Shown: positions 27,209 through 37,560, numbered from the stretch's first letter. The stretch: 64,000 bases of DNA from Thermoplasmata archaeon (GCA_003554965.1 PWHR01000038.1:15495-79494); one strand, 5' to 3'. Made by a program: numbers and translations. The notes: generated from the sequence alone by a model not told the origin.

Positions 27209-28108
27209 TCAATCATCCAATTTTTCTTTCAAAAGATCCTTTCTCCAAGTCTCAAAATAATGGATATCATAGAACATCCTGGTTTTCATCGAATCGAAGA
27301 GTTCTGTACTTTTTAATCCCTCTCTCAACTTTTTGAGCTTATTGAGATTCCTCGCCCACGTATTCAATATTATGCTATCAGGATCATTTCCTGCTACATC
27401 GAATTCAAAAACATTTGGGTAGTACTTCCTTTTTATCTCCGTCAAGACACCTTCTCTATTTTTCGACCGTAAATTCCCATGGATGATACCTATGAAATCG
27501 TCGGAGTATACCGGATACCATCTGATCGAGAAATCTATCGCCTCAGCATCTTTCATCTTATCGATCCTTCTCCTTACGGTCTTGGTTGAAACGCCAACAT
27601 CATCTGCCACCTGGGAGAAAGATTTCCTCGAATCTTCATGAAGCGAATCTATGATCCGGTAATCAGTCTTAACAAATCTGAAATCTGAATCATTCGATCT
27701 TTCTTTAGAAAATAAAAATACCTTTGAATCTCTCAAATCTAGAGATTCAGGTATACTCGCAACGTACTGACTCATCTCCGCCATATCACGGATCAATCCA
27801 TAGACATAGAGGTAATCATCACTGGTAGTTACGAGCCGGAACGTGTTCTTATCATCCTCCAGTTCCTCCAAGATCTCTTCGGTGTCATCCTTCTCCGAAA
27901 AACCGTGTATCATCAACTCAAGACTTCTAGGGAACGCGTTTTGACCAATATTAGCTTTGAATCCACCTATAATACCTTTATCTTTCATATCTTTTATCCT
28001 GCTGTGGACAGCATTGACTGAAAGGTCCACTTCGTCCGCCAATTCGCGATAAACCGCTCTTGGCTGCTCCCGAAGAAGCAAACATAATCTCAGATCTATT
28101 TCGTCCAT
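27209..28108 (-). CDS. Tandem (double) Lrp/AsnC-type winged-HTH regulator
   Basis: MDEIDLRL...ELADEVDLSVNAVHSRI and DYRIIDSL..DSR...VADDVGVSTKTVRRRI; likely ATG at 28108. Confidence 0.85.
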   Translation of the reverse strand: MDEIDLRLCLLLREQPRAVYRELADEVDLSVNAVHSRIKDMKDKGIIGGFKANIGQNAFPRSLELMIHGFSEKDDTEEILEELEDDKNTFRLVTTSDDYLYVYGLIRDMAEMSQYVASIPESLDLRDSKVFLFSKERSNDSDFRFVKTDYRIIDSLHEDSRKSFSQVADDVGVSTKTVRRRIDKMKDAEAIDFSIRWYPVYSDDFIGIIHGNLRSKNREGVLTEIKRKYYPNVFEFDVAGNDPDSIILNTWARNLNKLKKLREGLKSTELFDSMKTRMFYDIHYFETWRKDLLKEKLDD

Positions 28109-28158
28109 CAATGCCTTAATGATAAAAAAGGATAAATGTTTTTTGATGACTTCCCCTT

Positions 28159-29430
28159 TCACCTAGATAACTTATCTATCAGACCACCTTTTTTACTCAT
28201 GCTCCCCGTTACAAGCTTATCGCTGTCAAATATTTTCGTGACGAGTGCTATCATCACGATAGAGAATATCGTCGAGTAAAGTATACCTCCAAAGACTATG
28301 GTATAGTTGTCAAACATCAATCCTCTCATAGCGATTATCGGATGGGAGAAAGGTATAGCGTACATTACTCCCTGTAATACAGTAGGTAGATTGCCTATAT
28401 CAGTGAACATGAACACGAACATCGGTATCAGAGCTAAAGCTGTGACCGGGAATAGTAGAGTTTGCGCGGACTTGTAATTCTTGGCAAAAGTGCCGAGGAG
28501 TAGACTCAAAGCTAATCCTGCTAGAAGGGCAGTGAATAGAGATATTCCGACCAATATATAATCGGATAAACTCAATGCTAAGCCGTAATCTGCGAGATGC
28601 ATATCTGATACCTCTAGTGTCTGCATATAAAATCCAAAACCCAACATGTATATCAGGGCCATTATGAGACCCACTACGGCGGCTCCCACCAATTTACCTA
28701 CAACGATAGAACTTCTTTTTATAGGCAGTGTCAACAGAGTTTCAAGTGTTTTGTCTTCTTTCTCCATACCCATCGACGATATTATTGTGCCACCGGCCAT
28801 CATTATAAGCATCATCGTTATTATTGGTATCATTATCGACTGAGAACTCATCAATCCTCCCAATATCGAGGGCGATATGTCTTCTAATTCCCTCTCTTGG
28901 ATGATAGTACTCTCTTCTTTCAATATCGGTCTTTGGAGATGGCTTGAAGGCAGATGTGTTTCTCTTTCTATCAAAGTTGCGGATACCTCCCTGTTTATCT
29001 CCTCGATAAGTCCTTCAACGACCCCTGAAGATACCGTATCCATGACCCCCATTCCTTTCATAAACCATCTTACCATGATATACCCAGTTTCCCCATCATC
29101 AATTTTATTAGAAAAATTTTCAGGGATGATCAGCAGAGCTGTTCCTCCTTTTTCTTCAACATATTTTGACCCGAGTTCTCTATCTGTACCATTATAGACC
29201 ATTTCGCTTTTCTCTTCTAGTACGGACATAACGGTCTTTGAATGCTCTCCTGAATCTTCATTTACTATTCCGATCACAGGCTTCTCTTCCACCTCCTCTT
29301 GGAATCCCCCCATTATGTTACCCATGGAAGCGAAAAATAGAGCTATGACCAAAACAGGTACTATCGTTGACGGTGTTAATAATTCCTTTATCTCCTTCCT
29401 TGTGATATTCAATAGACCTTTAGATCTCAT
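28159..29430 (-). CDS. ABC-2 exporter permease (NatB-like)
   Basis: KEIKEL, EKEDKTLETLLTLP, IPFSHP; multiple TM segments. Confidence 0.88.
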   Translation of the reverse strand: MRSKGLLNITRKEIKELLTPSTIVPVLVIALFFASMGNIMGGFQEEVEEKPVIGIVNEDSGEHSKTVMSVLEEKSEMVYNGTDRELGSKYVEEKGGTALLIIPENFSNKIDDGETGYIMVRWFMKGMGVMDTVSSGVVEGLIEEINREVSATLIERETHLPSSHLQRPILKEESTIIQERELEDISPSILGGLMSSQSIMIPIITMMLIMMAGGTIISSMGMEKEDKTLETLLTLPIKRSSIVVGKLVGAAVVGLIMALIYMLGFGFYMQTLEVSDMHLADYGLALSLSDYILVGISLFTALLAGLALSLLLGTFAKNYKSAQTLLFPVTALALIPMFVFMFTDIGNLPTVLQGVMYAIPFSHPIIAMRGLMFDNYTIVFGGILYSTIFSIVMIALVTKIFDSDKLVTGSMSKKGGLIDKLSR

Positions 29431-30149
29431 CTAACCACCTTCGTGAAAACTTCTTCAATATTTTCTGCATCATACTTATTTTTCAATCCTTTTGGTGAAC
29501 CGCTTTCGACTATCTTCCCATCATCTATAAGCGATATCCTCTCGCACAGAAAATCCACTTCAAGCATATTATGGGAAGAAAGCAAGATCGTAGTACCGGC
29601 CCCGGCATATTCTTTGATCAGCTGTCTGATCTCTCTCGCATTTATCACGTCTAGACCAGAGGTAGGTTCATCTAATATCGCTAGTTTAGGGTTTATCATG
29701 AAAGTCCTGCCCACTAGTAGCCTTCTCTTCATACCCTTACTATAGGTGTCTATCTTATCGTCTATCTTTTTATCTAGATCAGCTATATCCACTCCTTTTT
29801 TCACCATCTTAGATGCGAGTACTTTCCCATCAAAAAACTCGGCTATAAACCTAAGATACTCCCTGCCGGTGAGATTCTTATAAGCTCCAGCATCTTCAGG
29901 AAGATAACTTATCTTCTTTCTGATCTCAGCAGATTCCTTGTCAAGATCACATCCATCTATAAGCACTTCACCTTCGCTTATTTTTAGTAAAGTAGATAAG
30001 ACCCTCAAAGTGGTAGTTTTTCCAGCACCGTTCGGACCTATCAGCCCGAATATCTCACCCTTTTTGACTTGAAATGAAATCTTATCTACAGCCGTAACGT
30101 CTCCATATTTTTTTATAAGTTCTTTTACCTCTATCATGTTTTCACGCAT
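29427..30149 (-). CDS. ABC exporter ATP-binding subunit
   Basis: GPNGAGKTT, YSKGM, ILDEPTSGLD, SSH. Confidence 0.95.
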   Translation of the reverse strand: MRENMIEVKELIKKYGDVTAVDKISFQVKKGEIFGLIGPNGAGKTTTLRVLSTLLKISEGEVLIDGCDLDKESAEIRKKISYLPEDAGAYKNLTGREYLRFIAEFFDGKVLASKMVKKGVDIADLDKKIDDKIDTYSKGMKRRLLVGRTFMINPKLAILDEPTSGLDVINAREIRQLIKEYAGAGTTILLSSHNMLEVDFLCERISLIDDGKIVESGSPKGLKNKYDAENIEEVFTKVVR

Positions 30150-30171
30150 TTTTACATCCTCCTGGTTATCA

Positions 30172-30534
30172 CTAAACCGCTAGGTCTTTTAACAGAGAAA
30201 ACAATTTTTCATATTCCTCTTTGAGTTCACTTTCAGTCAAATTTTTTTCACAGATGATCGAATTGTCTTCTCCCCATTTTAGCGTATACCCGAAGATCTC
30301 AAATTCTTTTAGTGCCGATAGTCTTTTTTCCAATGAAACAAAATCCAACTCATTGTCTTCACCACGGAGAGAAACTACTATTTCTAAAAAAAAGATGGGT
30401 CTTTTATCCATTCTAGCACCCGCCCCGATCTTATAGCCATTTTTACGGTCGATGGTCTCAAAGTATTCTTTTAATTCGTGACATTGAGCCTTCTCTATCA
30501 GTTTTCCCGTGTCTAATTCAAGTATTTTATCCAT
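30172..30534 (-). CDS. Hypothetical protein, first gene of the ABC operon
   Basis: Acidic ORF co-oriented 22 bp upstream of the ABC ATPase; likely ATG at 30534. Confidence 0.55.
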   Translation of the reverse strand: MDKILELDTGKLIEKAQCHELKEYFETIDRKNGYKIGAGARMDKRPIFFLEIVVSLRGEDNELDFVSLEKRLSALKEFEIFGYTLKWGEDNSIICEKNLTESELKEEYEKLFSLLKDLAV

Positions 30535-30704
30535 CCTATCAAGCCCTAAAAAGAGCAGTGCACACCGACTATTTGAAATGATGTTCCACGACAAGATTAA
30601 AAAACAGAATCAAATTTGAATACCAAGTTAGATTTTCAACAGAAAGATTCACATAACGGACACCGATAGGTATTACCAAAAGGGAAGAAAGTCATGATCT
30701 GATA

Positions 30705-31526
30705 TCAATTATCGATAAGTTTTATCTTCCTGCCATTGACCTCGGCAAATTTTCCCTGGTTCCCGTCTCGATAATTGGATATAGAAAATATCGAGAGCAA
30801 TTTTTTATCGAAATAGTACCTATATCCTTCTGGATAGAATTCGTGAGCTCTTATCACCATCGATAGACCATTTCGATCTAAAAATTCTTTGACCGCCTTC
30901 TCCCCGTAGAGTTGGTAACCACCTCGCCTGAAGTTCGGTTCGTATCGATCCACTTCTTCGCCGGGGTCGTTCCAAAATATCTCCTTGTAACCTTCTTCTC
31001 GATGTTCCAGCTCCTCTATATCTTTATAATCATCTACACCGCTCGAGATCCCACCGTGGGCCAAATAATACTCTTCATTCAACACCGCCACGACCGGCAA
31101 TTTTTCGTAAAGAGACACGATCCTATGGAAGAGACTCGAGGAATATCTCGTTTTCACCACCCTCTTGAAACCGTAACTCCTGTTAATCCTCTCGGTCTCG
31201 TGGTTACCTCTCAAAAGCACCACTTTTCCCGGCCTCTGAATCTTTAAAGAGAGTACGAATGCGAGGTTTTCGAGCTGGTCGTTTCCTCTATCGACATAAT
31301 CACCGAGATATATTATCGGTAAACCTTTAGTAATGCTCCGTTCCGCAGGCCTTTTAGCAGATTCTAGATCGCCGTGTGTGTCGCCAACCACTAAAAATTC
31401 AGACCAGTCCTTCTCGACTAGATTTTTACCCTCTAGATATTTTTCCGCTTCTTCTATAAACTCGAGATACTGTTCCTCACTCACAGAGCGTATACCTTCT
31501 TTCAGTATGGAATCGACTAAATCCAT
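30705..31526 (-). CDS. PPP-family Ser/Thr protein phosphatase
   Basis: GDTHG, GDYVDRG, LRGNHE, HGG, WNDP, IRAHE. Confidence 0.92.
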   Translation of the reverse strand: MDLVDSILKEGIRSVSEEQYLEFIEEAEKYLEGKNLVEKDWSEFLVVGDTHGDLESAKRPAERSITKGLPIIYLGDYVDRGNDQLENLAFVLSLKIQRPGKVVLLRGNHETERINRSYGFKRVVKTRYSSSLFHRIVSLYEKLPVVAVLNEEYYLAHGGISSGVDDYKDIEELEHREEGYKEIFWNDPGEEVDRYEPNFRRGGYQLYGEKAVKEFLDRNGLSMVIRAHEFYPEGYRYYFDKKLLSIFSISNYRDGNQGKFAEVNGRKIKLIDN

Positions 31527-31596
31527 CTATATGAAATTAAAGAATGGGTATTTGTATGATTTGGTCCAATCGGTGCCAAAACTAGAAGAATTCAGC

Positions 31597-33441
31597 TCAG
31601 TCCAGTCGTTCTTCGGCCTTTTCGATGACTCTCTCCTTCTTTTCCTCGTACTCTTCCTTCAACTTTTCGCACTCCTCAAGTTTCTTCTCGACGAACTCTT
31701 CGTCATTAACATCCCCTAAATTTATCTTGACGTTCGCTATACCGCCGATTAAACCAGAATAAGCCATCTGCGCCGCTACCAAAGCGTCGCTGACCGCGTC
31801 TTTTTTACCGTGTTCGGCTGCTTCTTCTGCGATATCGATAACATCTGCAGAAGTCTTCGCCGTCTCCATCGGGACTTCAACAGCGTGCTTCAATCCATCC
31901 TGCATCGCTTTCTTCCTTTTCTCCCTTTCTTCCTGAGTAGATTTCGGCATCCTTTTCGCTTCCATGTACTTATCGAAGGCGCTAGTGTCCTCGTCGACAC
32001 TTCTCAACAACTCTTTTTTCAACTCCTGGGCCTTATCCGCTACGGGCATCAGGATCGGATCTACTTCTCCAGTACCTCTACCTCCAGTGCTGAGATTCGC
32101 GACCATAGAAGTAAGTGCGGCACCTAATGAACCTGCAAGAGCTGCGATACTGCCCCCGCCAGGAGTAGAAGAATCTCTTGAAACTTCGTGGACGAACTCA
32201 TCCACGTCCATCTCAACTAGAGCGTCCTCCGGCCTGGTGGGTCCACCGATCAACTTCTCTTCAGTATCGAATTTTGCCACATCCCTCAAACCTAGAGACT
32301 GTATCGCGGTCTCTATCACATCTTGCTCGGGCACTCCCGTGGGCATGTTCATCTTTTCAAGATAGTATTTTCCAGTCCTTTTCAAAGCATCATAGGGAGC
32401 CAACCCGACGATCTCACTTCCAGTCACTCTCACACCCATCTTCCTGGCTCTTTCTCTGGCAAATTCATACACGTCGTGAAGCGAAGTTTTCTTGTAATCC
32501 GTGAGGTTTATCGATATCTGAGCTCTTTCATACTCATCGACGTACCAACCTATCGCTTTGCAGTGATCGAACTCACCTCTTTTCTTCACTGCCTTTCCTT
32601 CTAGGGACTCTACATCATAGTCATATTCTTTTTCAAGGAACTCCTTTAAGTCGTATTCATGCTCTTGCTCAGTATGTTCATGCACCTCCTCGAATGAACT
32701 TCCGACGAAGTCACATTCACCGCATGGAAATTCGTCCTCACCGTATCTAACGATCCTTCCTTTCCAGTAATGTTGATCGTGACTTCCTTCCCTTTTTGCA
32801 CGCCCTCTTCTCCTCATCTCTAGCGCGATATCCCATGCGACCTTCTTGTTTTTTGTATTAAGATTGATATTGTAAGCGATCAGGAACTCTCTAGCCCCTA
32901 TGACAGTAGCTCCGGTTTTCTTAACATTTTCATTCCATTCCGCGGGACCATAGTCGGGCTCCCACTCAGGATCAGTCAATTTTTCATCTAAACCCTCATA
33001 TTGCCCGCTCCGGATGGTCGCAAGGTTCTCTCTTTTTTTCTCCGTCGCCGCTTCCTCATACATGTAAACAGGTATCTCCAATTCTTCCCCGACCTTTTTA
33101 GCTAATCCATGAGCCATCTCGGCGCAGTCTTTCATTGTTACTCCCTTCACCGGGACGAGAGGACAAACATCTGTAGCTCCCATCCTAGGATGACTCCCTT
33201 CATGTTCGCTCATATCTATCAATTCTGAAGCTTTTTTGATCATATTGAAAGCAACTTCTTTGACTCCTTCAGGTGTGCCTACAAAGGTGACTACAGTTCG
33301 GTTAGTGTCGGCTCCCATATCAACATCTTTCAATTCTACCTCGTCCGAACTCTTAGCTTCGTCGGTGATCTCATCTATAACAGCTTCATCACGCCCTTCC
33401 GAGAAATTTGGTACACATTCTACTAGTTCCATGTTATCCAC
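31597..33441 (-). CDS. ftcd: Bifunctional glutamate formimidoyltransferase / formimidoyl-THF cyclodeaminase
   Basis: ECVPNFSEGR, HPRMGATDVCP, GAREFLIAYN, TPGGGS in the C-terminal cyclodeaminase. Confidence 0.93.
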   Translation of the reverse strand: MDNMELVECVPNFSEGRDEAVIDEITDEAKSSDEVELKDVDMGADTNRTVVTFVGTPEGVKEVAFNMIKKASELIDMSEHEGSHPRMGATDVCPLVPVKGVTMKDCAEMAHGLAKKVGEELEIPVYMYEEAATEKKRENLATIRSGQYEGLDEKLTDPEWEPDYGPAEWNENVKKTGATVIGAREFLIAYNINLNTKNKKVAWDIALEMRRRGRAKREGSHDQHYWKGRIVRYGEDEFPCGECDFVGSSFEEVHEHTEQEHEYDLKEFLEKEYDYDVESLEGKAVKKRGEFDHCKAIGWYVDEYERAQISINLTDYKKTSLHDVYEFARERARKMGVRVTGSEIVGLAPYDALKRTGKYYLEKMNMPTGVPEQDVIETAIQSLGLRDVAKFDTEEKLIGGPTRPEDALVEMDVDEFVHEVSRDSSTPGGGSIAALAGSLGAALTSMVANLSTGGRGTGEVDPILMPVADKAQELKKELLRSVDEDTSAFDKYMEAKRMPKSTQEEREKRKKAMQDGLKHAVEVPMETAKTSADVIDIAEEAAEHGKKDAVSDALVAAQMAYSGLIGGIANVKINLGDVNDEEFVEKKLEECEKLKEEYEEKKERVIEKAEERLD

Positions 33442-33523
33442 TAAAAGAGAAAAAAATATGAAAGATAAAAATGTTTGGGAGACCCCTTATACATTAAGGA
33501 ATGGCAGGAGTGTCGAAATCCGA

Positions 33524-33688
33524 TCACTTAAGGACCATCTCATCTCCACAGCATTGGAATTCACAGGGTGCGCACGTTTCATCTTCGGTATCGCAGCATT
33601 CTTCACATTCATTTACTACTTTAAGTTCCAGTCCGCAGTCTTCACAGGCGTATACCTGTCCTTTTTCCATATCATGGCAGTTAGGCAA
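33524..33688 (-). CDS. Small Cys-rich metal-binding protein (desulforedoxin/metallothionein-like, 54 aa)
   Basis: TTG start after GGTGA; MPNCHDMEKGQVYACEDCGLELKVV...CCGDEMVLK; 10 Cys. Confidence 0.75.
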   Translation of the reverse strand: MPNCHDMEKGQVYACEDCGLELKVVNECEECCDTEDETCAPCEFQCCGDEMVLK

Positions 33689-33806
33689 ATAAATCACCGT
33701 TATCGAATGGGAGTTTCTATAAATAAATCTTTTGCACACTACCTACTCGACGAATCACCAACCTTGACCCGAAATTTTAATAGTTCCAGTTTTGATTATA
33801 CCGACG

Positions 33807-34763
33807 ATGCAAGAACTTTGGACAGAAAGATACAGGCCTGAAGAATTGAACGGGGTGTTGGGTCAACAAAACGTGATCGAAAAGCTGAAAGTATATATAA
33901 ATGAAGAGAGCGTCCCCCATCTTCTATTTTCAGGTCCACCTGGCGTAGGTAAGACCACCACCGCTTTAGCTTTCGCTAAGGAGATTTACGAGGATGGGGT
34001 GGGTGCAAATTTTATCGAACTCAACAAGAGCAGGGAAAGGGGCATCGATGCCATCAGAGGGAGAGTGAAAGAAGAAGCTAGGTCCCGGACTCTGTCTGAT
34101 AAAGATATAAAGATCATATATATGGATCAGGCTGATGAGCTGACCGATGAAGCCCAGGCAGCATTCCGGAGAACGATGGAAAACTTTTCTAAAAACGTGA
34201 GGTTCATACTATCCTGTAAAAGTTCTTCCAAGATCATCGATCCCATCAAGTCTAGGTGTGCGACCTTCCGGTTTCGTCCTTTAGGAAAGGAGATGATCCG
34301 AAGATGGATTGAAAATATCCAAAAGAACGAGGGATTCGATATAGACGAGAACGCGGTCAATGTATTGATAAGGGTATCTGAGGGAAATCTGCGCAAACTG
34401 ACAAATCTACTACAGATAGCGTATAACATCGATACGGATATAAATGAAGAGGTGATCAAAACCGCGCTGAAACAAACCAAGAACGCTGACATAAGAGGTT
34501 TGATCTTAAGGGCGCAGCGTGGAAGATTTGAAGAAGTTAGGGAGGAACTTTTTGACCTGTTGATCGAGGAGGGTTATCCTGCTGAAAACATATTGAAGAT
34601 GATAAAGGAGGAGATTTATAACCTTCCTATGGATGAGGAGAGAAGAAAAAGGATAATTTCAGAACTAGGAAAGATAGATTTTGATATGACCAGAGGTTCT
34701 AAAGAACAGATACACCTGCAGAGATTGATGGCCTTTTTATCCTTTCTGGGAGAACGTAGGTGA
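33807..34763 (+). CDS. Replication factor C small-subunit paralog (divergent)
   Basis: WTERYRP, GPPGVGKTT, AQAAFRR, SRC; but Walker B reads MDQAD and sensor-1 reads SCK. Confidence 0.88.
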   Translation: MQELWTERYRPEELNGVLGQQNVIEKLKVYINEESVPHLLFSGPPGVGKTTTALAFAKEIYEDGVGANFIELNKSRERGIDAIRGRVKEEARSRTLSDKDIKIIYMDQADELTDEAQAAFRRTMENFSKNVRFILSCKSSSKIIDPIKSRCATFRFRPLGKEMIRRWIENIQKNEGFDIDENAVNVLIRVSEGNLRKLTNLLQIAYNIDTDINEEVIKTALKQTKNADIRGLILRAQRGRFEEVREELFDLLIEEGYPAENILKMIKEEIYNLPMDEERRKRIISELGKIDFDMTRGSKEQIHLQRLMAFLSFLGERR

Positions 34764-34830
34764 GGGCAAACAAACTAAGGGAGGGGCAGAAAAGTTATAA
34801 ATAGGGCGTGTTTATGGAATTGTTGATAGT

Positions 34831-35328
34831 ATGCCACAAAAACCGGGCAGTATGTACAGAGAAGTTAAGGGTCAATCTTACACCCGTAAGGAGTACATCG
34901 GTGGAGTACCGCATGTCAGAGTCGGTCAGTTCACGATGGGCAACAGACAGGCGGATTTCGATCATGAAGTCACTCTTATCTCAGAGGAAAGATGCCAGAT
35001 CAGGGATTCAGCACTCGAAGCTGCTAGAGTAACCCTAACGAGAGTCCTGACCAAAAACCTTGGTGAAGAAAATTTCAGAGCGAAGATACTAGTTTACCCT
35101 CATCATGTGTTGAGGGAAAATAAACAGGCAACCGGTGCAGGAGCGGACAGATTGTCTGAAGGTATGAGGCGTTCCTTTGGTAAAAAAGTAGGCAACGCTG
35201 CTAGAGTCGATCCAGATCAGCCGATAATCAAAATTTGGGTCGATGAAGAAGGTCTAGAAGTCGCCAAAGAGGCTGCAAGGAAGGCCTCGATGAAGCTGCC
35301 GACGCCGTGCAGGAAAAAAGCTGACTGA
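34831..35328 (+). CDS. rpl10e: 50S ribosomal protein uL16 (L10e)
   Basis: YTRKEYIGGVP, ALEAAR, YPHHVLRENK..TGAGADR...GMR.SFG. Confidence 0.96.
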   Translation: MPQKPGSMYREVKGQSYTRKEYIGGVPHVRVGQFTMGNRQADFDHEVTLISEERCQIRDSALEAARVTLTRVLTKNLGEENFRAKILVYPHHVLRENKQATGAGADRLSEGMRRSFGKKVGNAARVDPDQPIIKIWVDEEGLEVAKEAARKASMKLPTPCRKKAD

Positions 35329-35343
35329 GAACTGATTTTGACT

Positions 35344-35769
35344 TCATCTTCCGCTTACTACCGCAACGGTAGTTTCTGTGTTTTTTAACACCCTCTCGGT
35401 AGTGCTACCGAGGAACAAATGGCTGAATCCCGAGAGGCCGTGCGTACTTATATAGATTATATCGTTCTCTTCGCTTATTTCTGTTATGCGCTTGTATGGA
35501 GTCCCATCAATGAGCTTGGTTTCAAGCTCGACATCTCTCTTTTCGGCGGCTTCTTTCACTTTCTTAAGAGCTTCTTTCCCCTTCTTTTTGAAGCCCCCCT
35601 TGACGGAACGCTTTATGCTTTCATGATGTAGGCCCTCATACTCGGAACGATCTATTACGTATATGGCAATAGCCTTGATGTCCAGCTTTTGAGCCATATC
35701 GAGTCCTTCGATCACTCCCCTCATCGCACACTCTGAGCCATCCGTCGGCAATATAACTCTGTCATACAT
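35344..35769 (-). CDS. Universal stress protein (UspA family)
   Basis: ILPTDGS, G.P...I, THG.SG...LFLGSTTERVL. Confidence 0.92.
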   Translation of the reverse strand: MYDRVILPTDGSECAMRGVIEGLDMAQKLDIKAIAIYVIDRSEYEGLHHESIKRSVKGGFKKKGKEALKKVKEAAEKRDVELETKLIDGTPYKRITEISEENDIIYISTHGLSGFSHLFLGSTTERVLKNTETTVAVVSGR

Positions 35770-35870
35770 ATTTTTCAGTTACTGTAAAGATACTACTCTA
35801 TAAAAAATCTGTGGGAGCGATATCCTCCTGACCAATATCTTTTTAAACCATACCTTTCTTAATACCTACT

Positions 35871-36539
35871 ATGTCCAACGAGTCAGATGAACCATCAGGA
35901 TCAGAAGAAGTCAACTCATATAACGATTACGACAGCCTACTCAAGGAGGCTAGAGAGAACCTACCTGAAGATATATCCCATCACGATCGATTTCAAGTGC
36001 CTGATATAGATATACTTCAGGAAGGTAACACGACCATATTCAAGAATTTTACCGATGTGGCAGACATGATCAATCGCTCCCCAGAAAAGATTTTGAAGTT
36101 CCTCCTAGGTGAATTGGGTACGGCGGGAGAGAAGGAGAACGGAAGAGTAGTATTCAAAGGAAAGATCAGTCCGTCGAAGATAGAGGAAAAGATGGAAGAT
36201 TACATAGAAAAGTTCGTATTATGTTCAGAATGTGGTAGACCCGACACCCGATTGGTCAAGGAAAACCGGATCGACATAATAAAATGCGATGCCTGTGGAG
36301 CTCACCGCCCGATAAAAGGCAAACAGGTGAAGACCGGAGCCTCGAAAAAGTCTGAAAAACTGGAAGAAGGTGAGATATACGAGCTTCTGATCCAGGATAT
36401 CGGAAAAGAAGGTGATGGTGTAGCTAAAAAAGCCGGATACACCATATACGTCCCTGGGACGACGAAAGGGGATAAAGTAAAAGTAAGGATCAACAACAAA
36501 ACTGGCAATCTGGCTTTTGGAAGTGTAGTCGGAGGTTGA
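35871..36539 (+). CDS. eif2b: Translation initiation factor aIF-2 beta with C-terminal TRAM domain
   Basis: RFQVP, ELGTAG, CSECGRPDT...CDACGA, DIGKEGDGVA. Confidence 0.93.
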   Translation: MSNESDEPSGSEEVNSYNDYDSLLKEARENLPEDISHHDRFQVPDIDILQEGNTTIFKNFTDVADMINRSPEKILKFLLGELGTAGEKENGRVVFKGKISPSKIEEKMEDYIEKFVLCSECGRPDTRLVKENRIDIIKCDACGAHRPIKGKQVKTGASKKSEKLEEGEIYELLIQDIGKEGDGVAKKAGYTIYVPGTTKGDKVKVRINNKTGNLAFGSVVGG

Positions 36540-36549
36540 CCGGATTTAA

Positions 36550-37509
36550 ATGATAGAGATAAAACAAAAACATATTCCCGCTGTAGCGATAATCTGTATG
36601 CTCGTTATAGTTCACATGATAGCACTGAACGTGGTTCAGATCTATCCTCAAGAATATCAAGCATTGGGTGAAGAGGGTGCAGAGAATCCTTTCATCCCAC
36701 TTTTATACATCGTTTTCATACTTGCTTTTACCGGTTTCATGCTTTTTCTTTTCAAATATAAGAAAGGTAATGTTATTCAATATTTGATTTTAGCTGTTGT
36801 GGGGTTGACCCTTTTCTATGTTTTCTATCCCGTGTTATTTTATGCTGGAGCTAGGATAGGGATATTGCCATTCGATTGGCCCTTCTTCGCTTCGGTCTCG
36901 TTAGGGATCGGTTTGACATACCTTCTTTACAAGAAACCAGAATGGTATGTGGTGAACGGTTTGGGTATAATAATGGGGGCCGGAATTGCTGGTATATTCG
37001 GCATGACCTTTGGGATTTTACCGGTTTTCGTATTACTGATAGTTCTAGCAGTTTATGATTTTATCTCAGTCTATAAGACAAAACATATGCTGTCCTTAGC
37101 TTCGGGAGTGATGGAACTCAAGACTCCTGTGATGATGGTCGTTCCTCAAAAGAAGGATTATTCCTATGCGAAGAAGAAAAAGGTTATGGATGAAGTTAAA
37201 GGGAATAAGGAAAGAGAGGCTATGTTTATTGGCCTTGGCGATATAATAATTCCTGGAATCCTACCTGTCTCGGCTAGTGTATATCTTGACCCTGCTGTTC
37301 AGGCAGCGGGGCACCCCGGACCTTTACTCGTGGCCGTAGGAAGTATAGTAGGTGCGGTATGCGGTATGATAATCCTCACTCGCTTCGTTCTGAAAGGCAA
37401 ACCTCATGCAGGACTGCCTTTATTGAATTCAGGAGCAATATTGGGTTACTTGGTTACTTATCTGATAATTTATCAGGATCTTACTTTTGGTATCACGATA
37501 CCGTGGTAA
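36550..37509 (+). CDS. Presenilin-like intramembrane aspartyl protease (PSH)
   Basis: AVYDFISVYKT, IGLGD, PHAGLP; about nine TM segments. Confidence 0.92.
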   Translation: MIEIKQKHIPAVAIICMLVIVHMIALNVVQIYPQEYQALGEEGAENPFIPLLYIVFILAFTGFMLFLFKYKKGNVIQYLILAVVGLTLFYVFYPVLFYAGARIGILPFDWPFFASVSLGIGLTYLLYKKPEWYVVNGLGIIMGAGIAGIFGMTFGILPVFVLLIVLAVYDFISVYKTKHMLSLASGVMELKTPVMMVVPQKKDYSYAKKKKVMDEVKGNKEREAMFIGLGDIIIPGILPVSASVYLDPAVQAAGHPGPLLVAVGSIVGAVCGMIILTRFVLKGKPHAGLPLLNSGAILGYLVTYLIIYQDLTFGITIPW

Positions 37510-37560
37510 ATATTCTCAGACCGACAGTTTAAATAATCTAAGACCATCTTTTATCTACAG

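Noticed and set aside
35871-37509. aIF2-beta-TRAM fusion and presenilin homolog as novelties
   Set aside because: Both are well-known archaeal proteins
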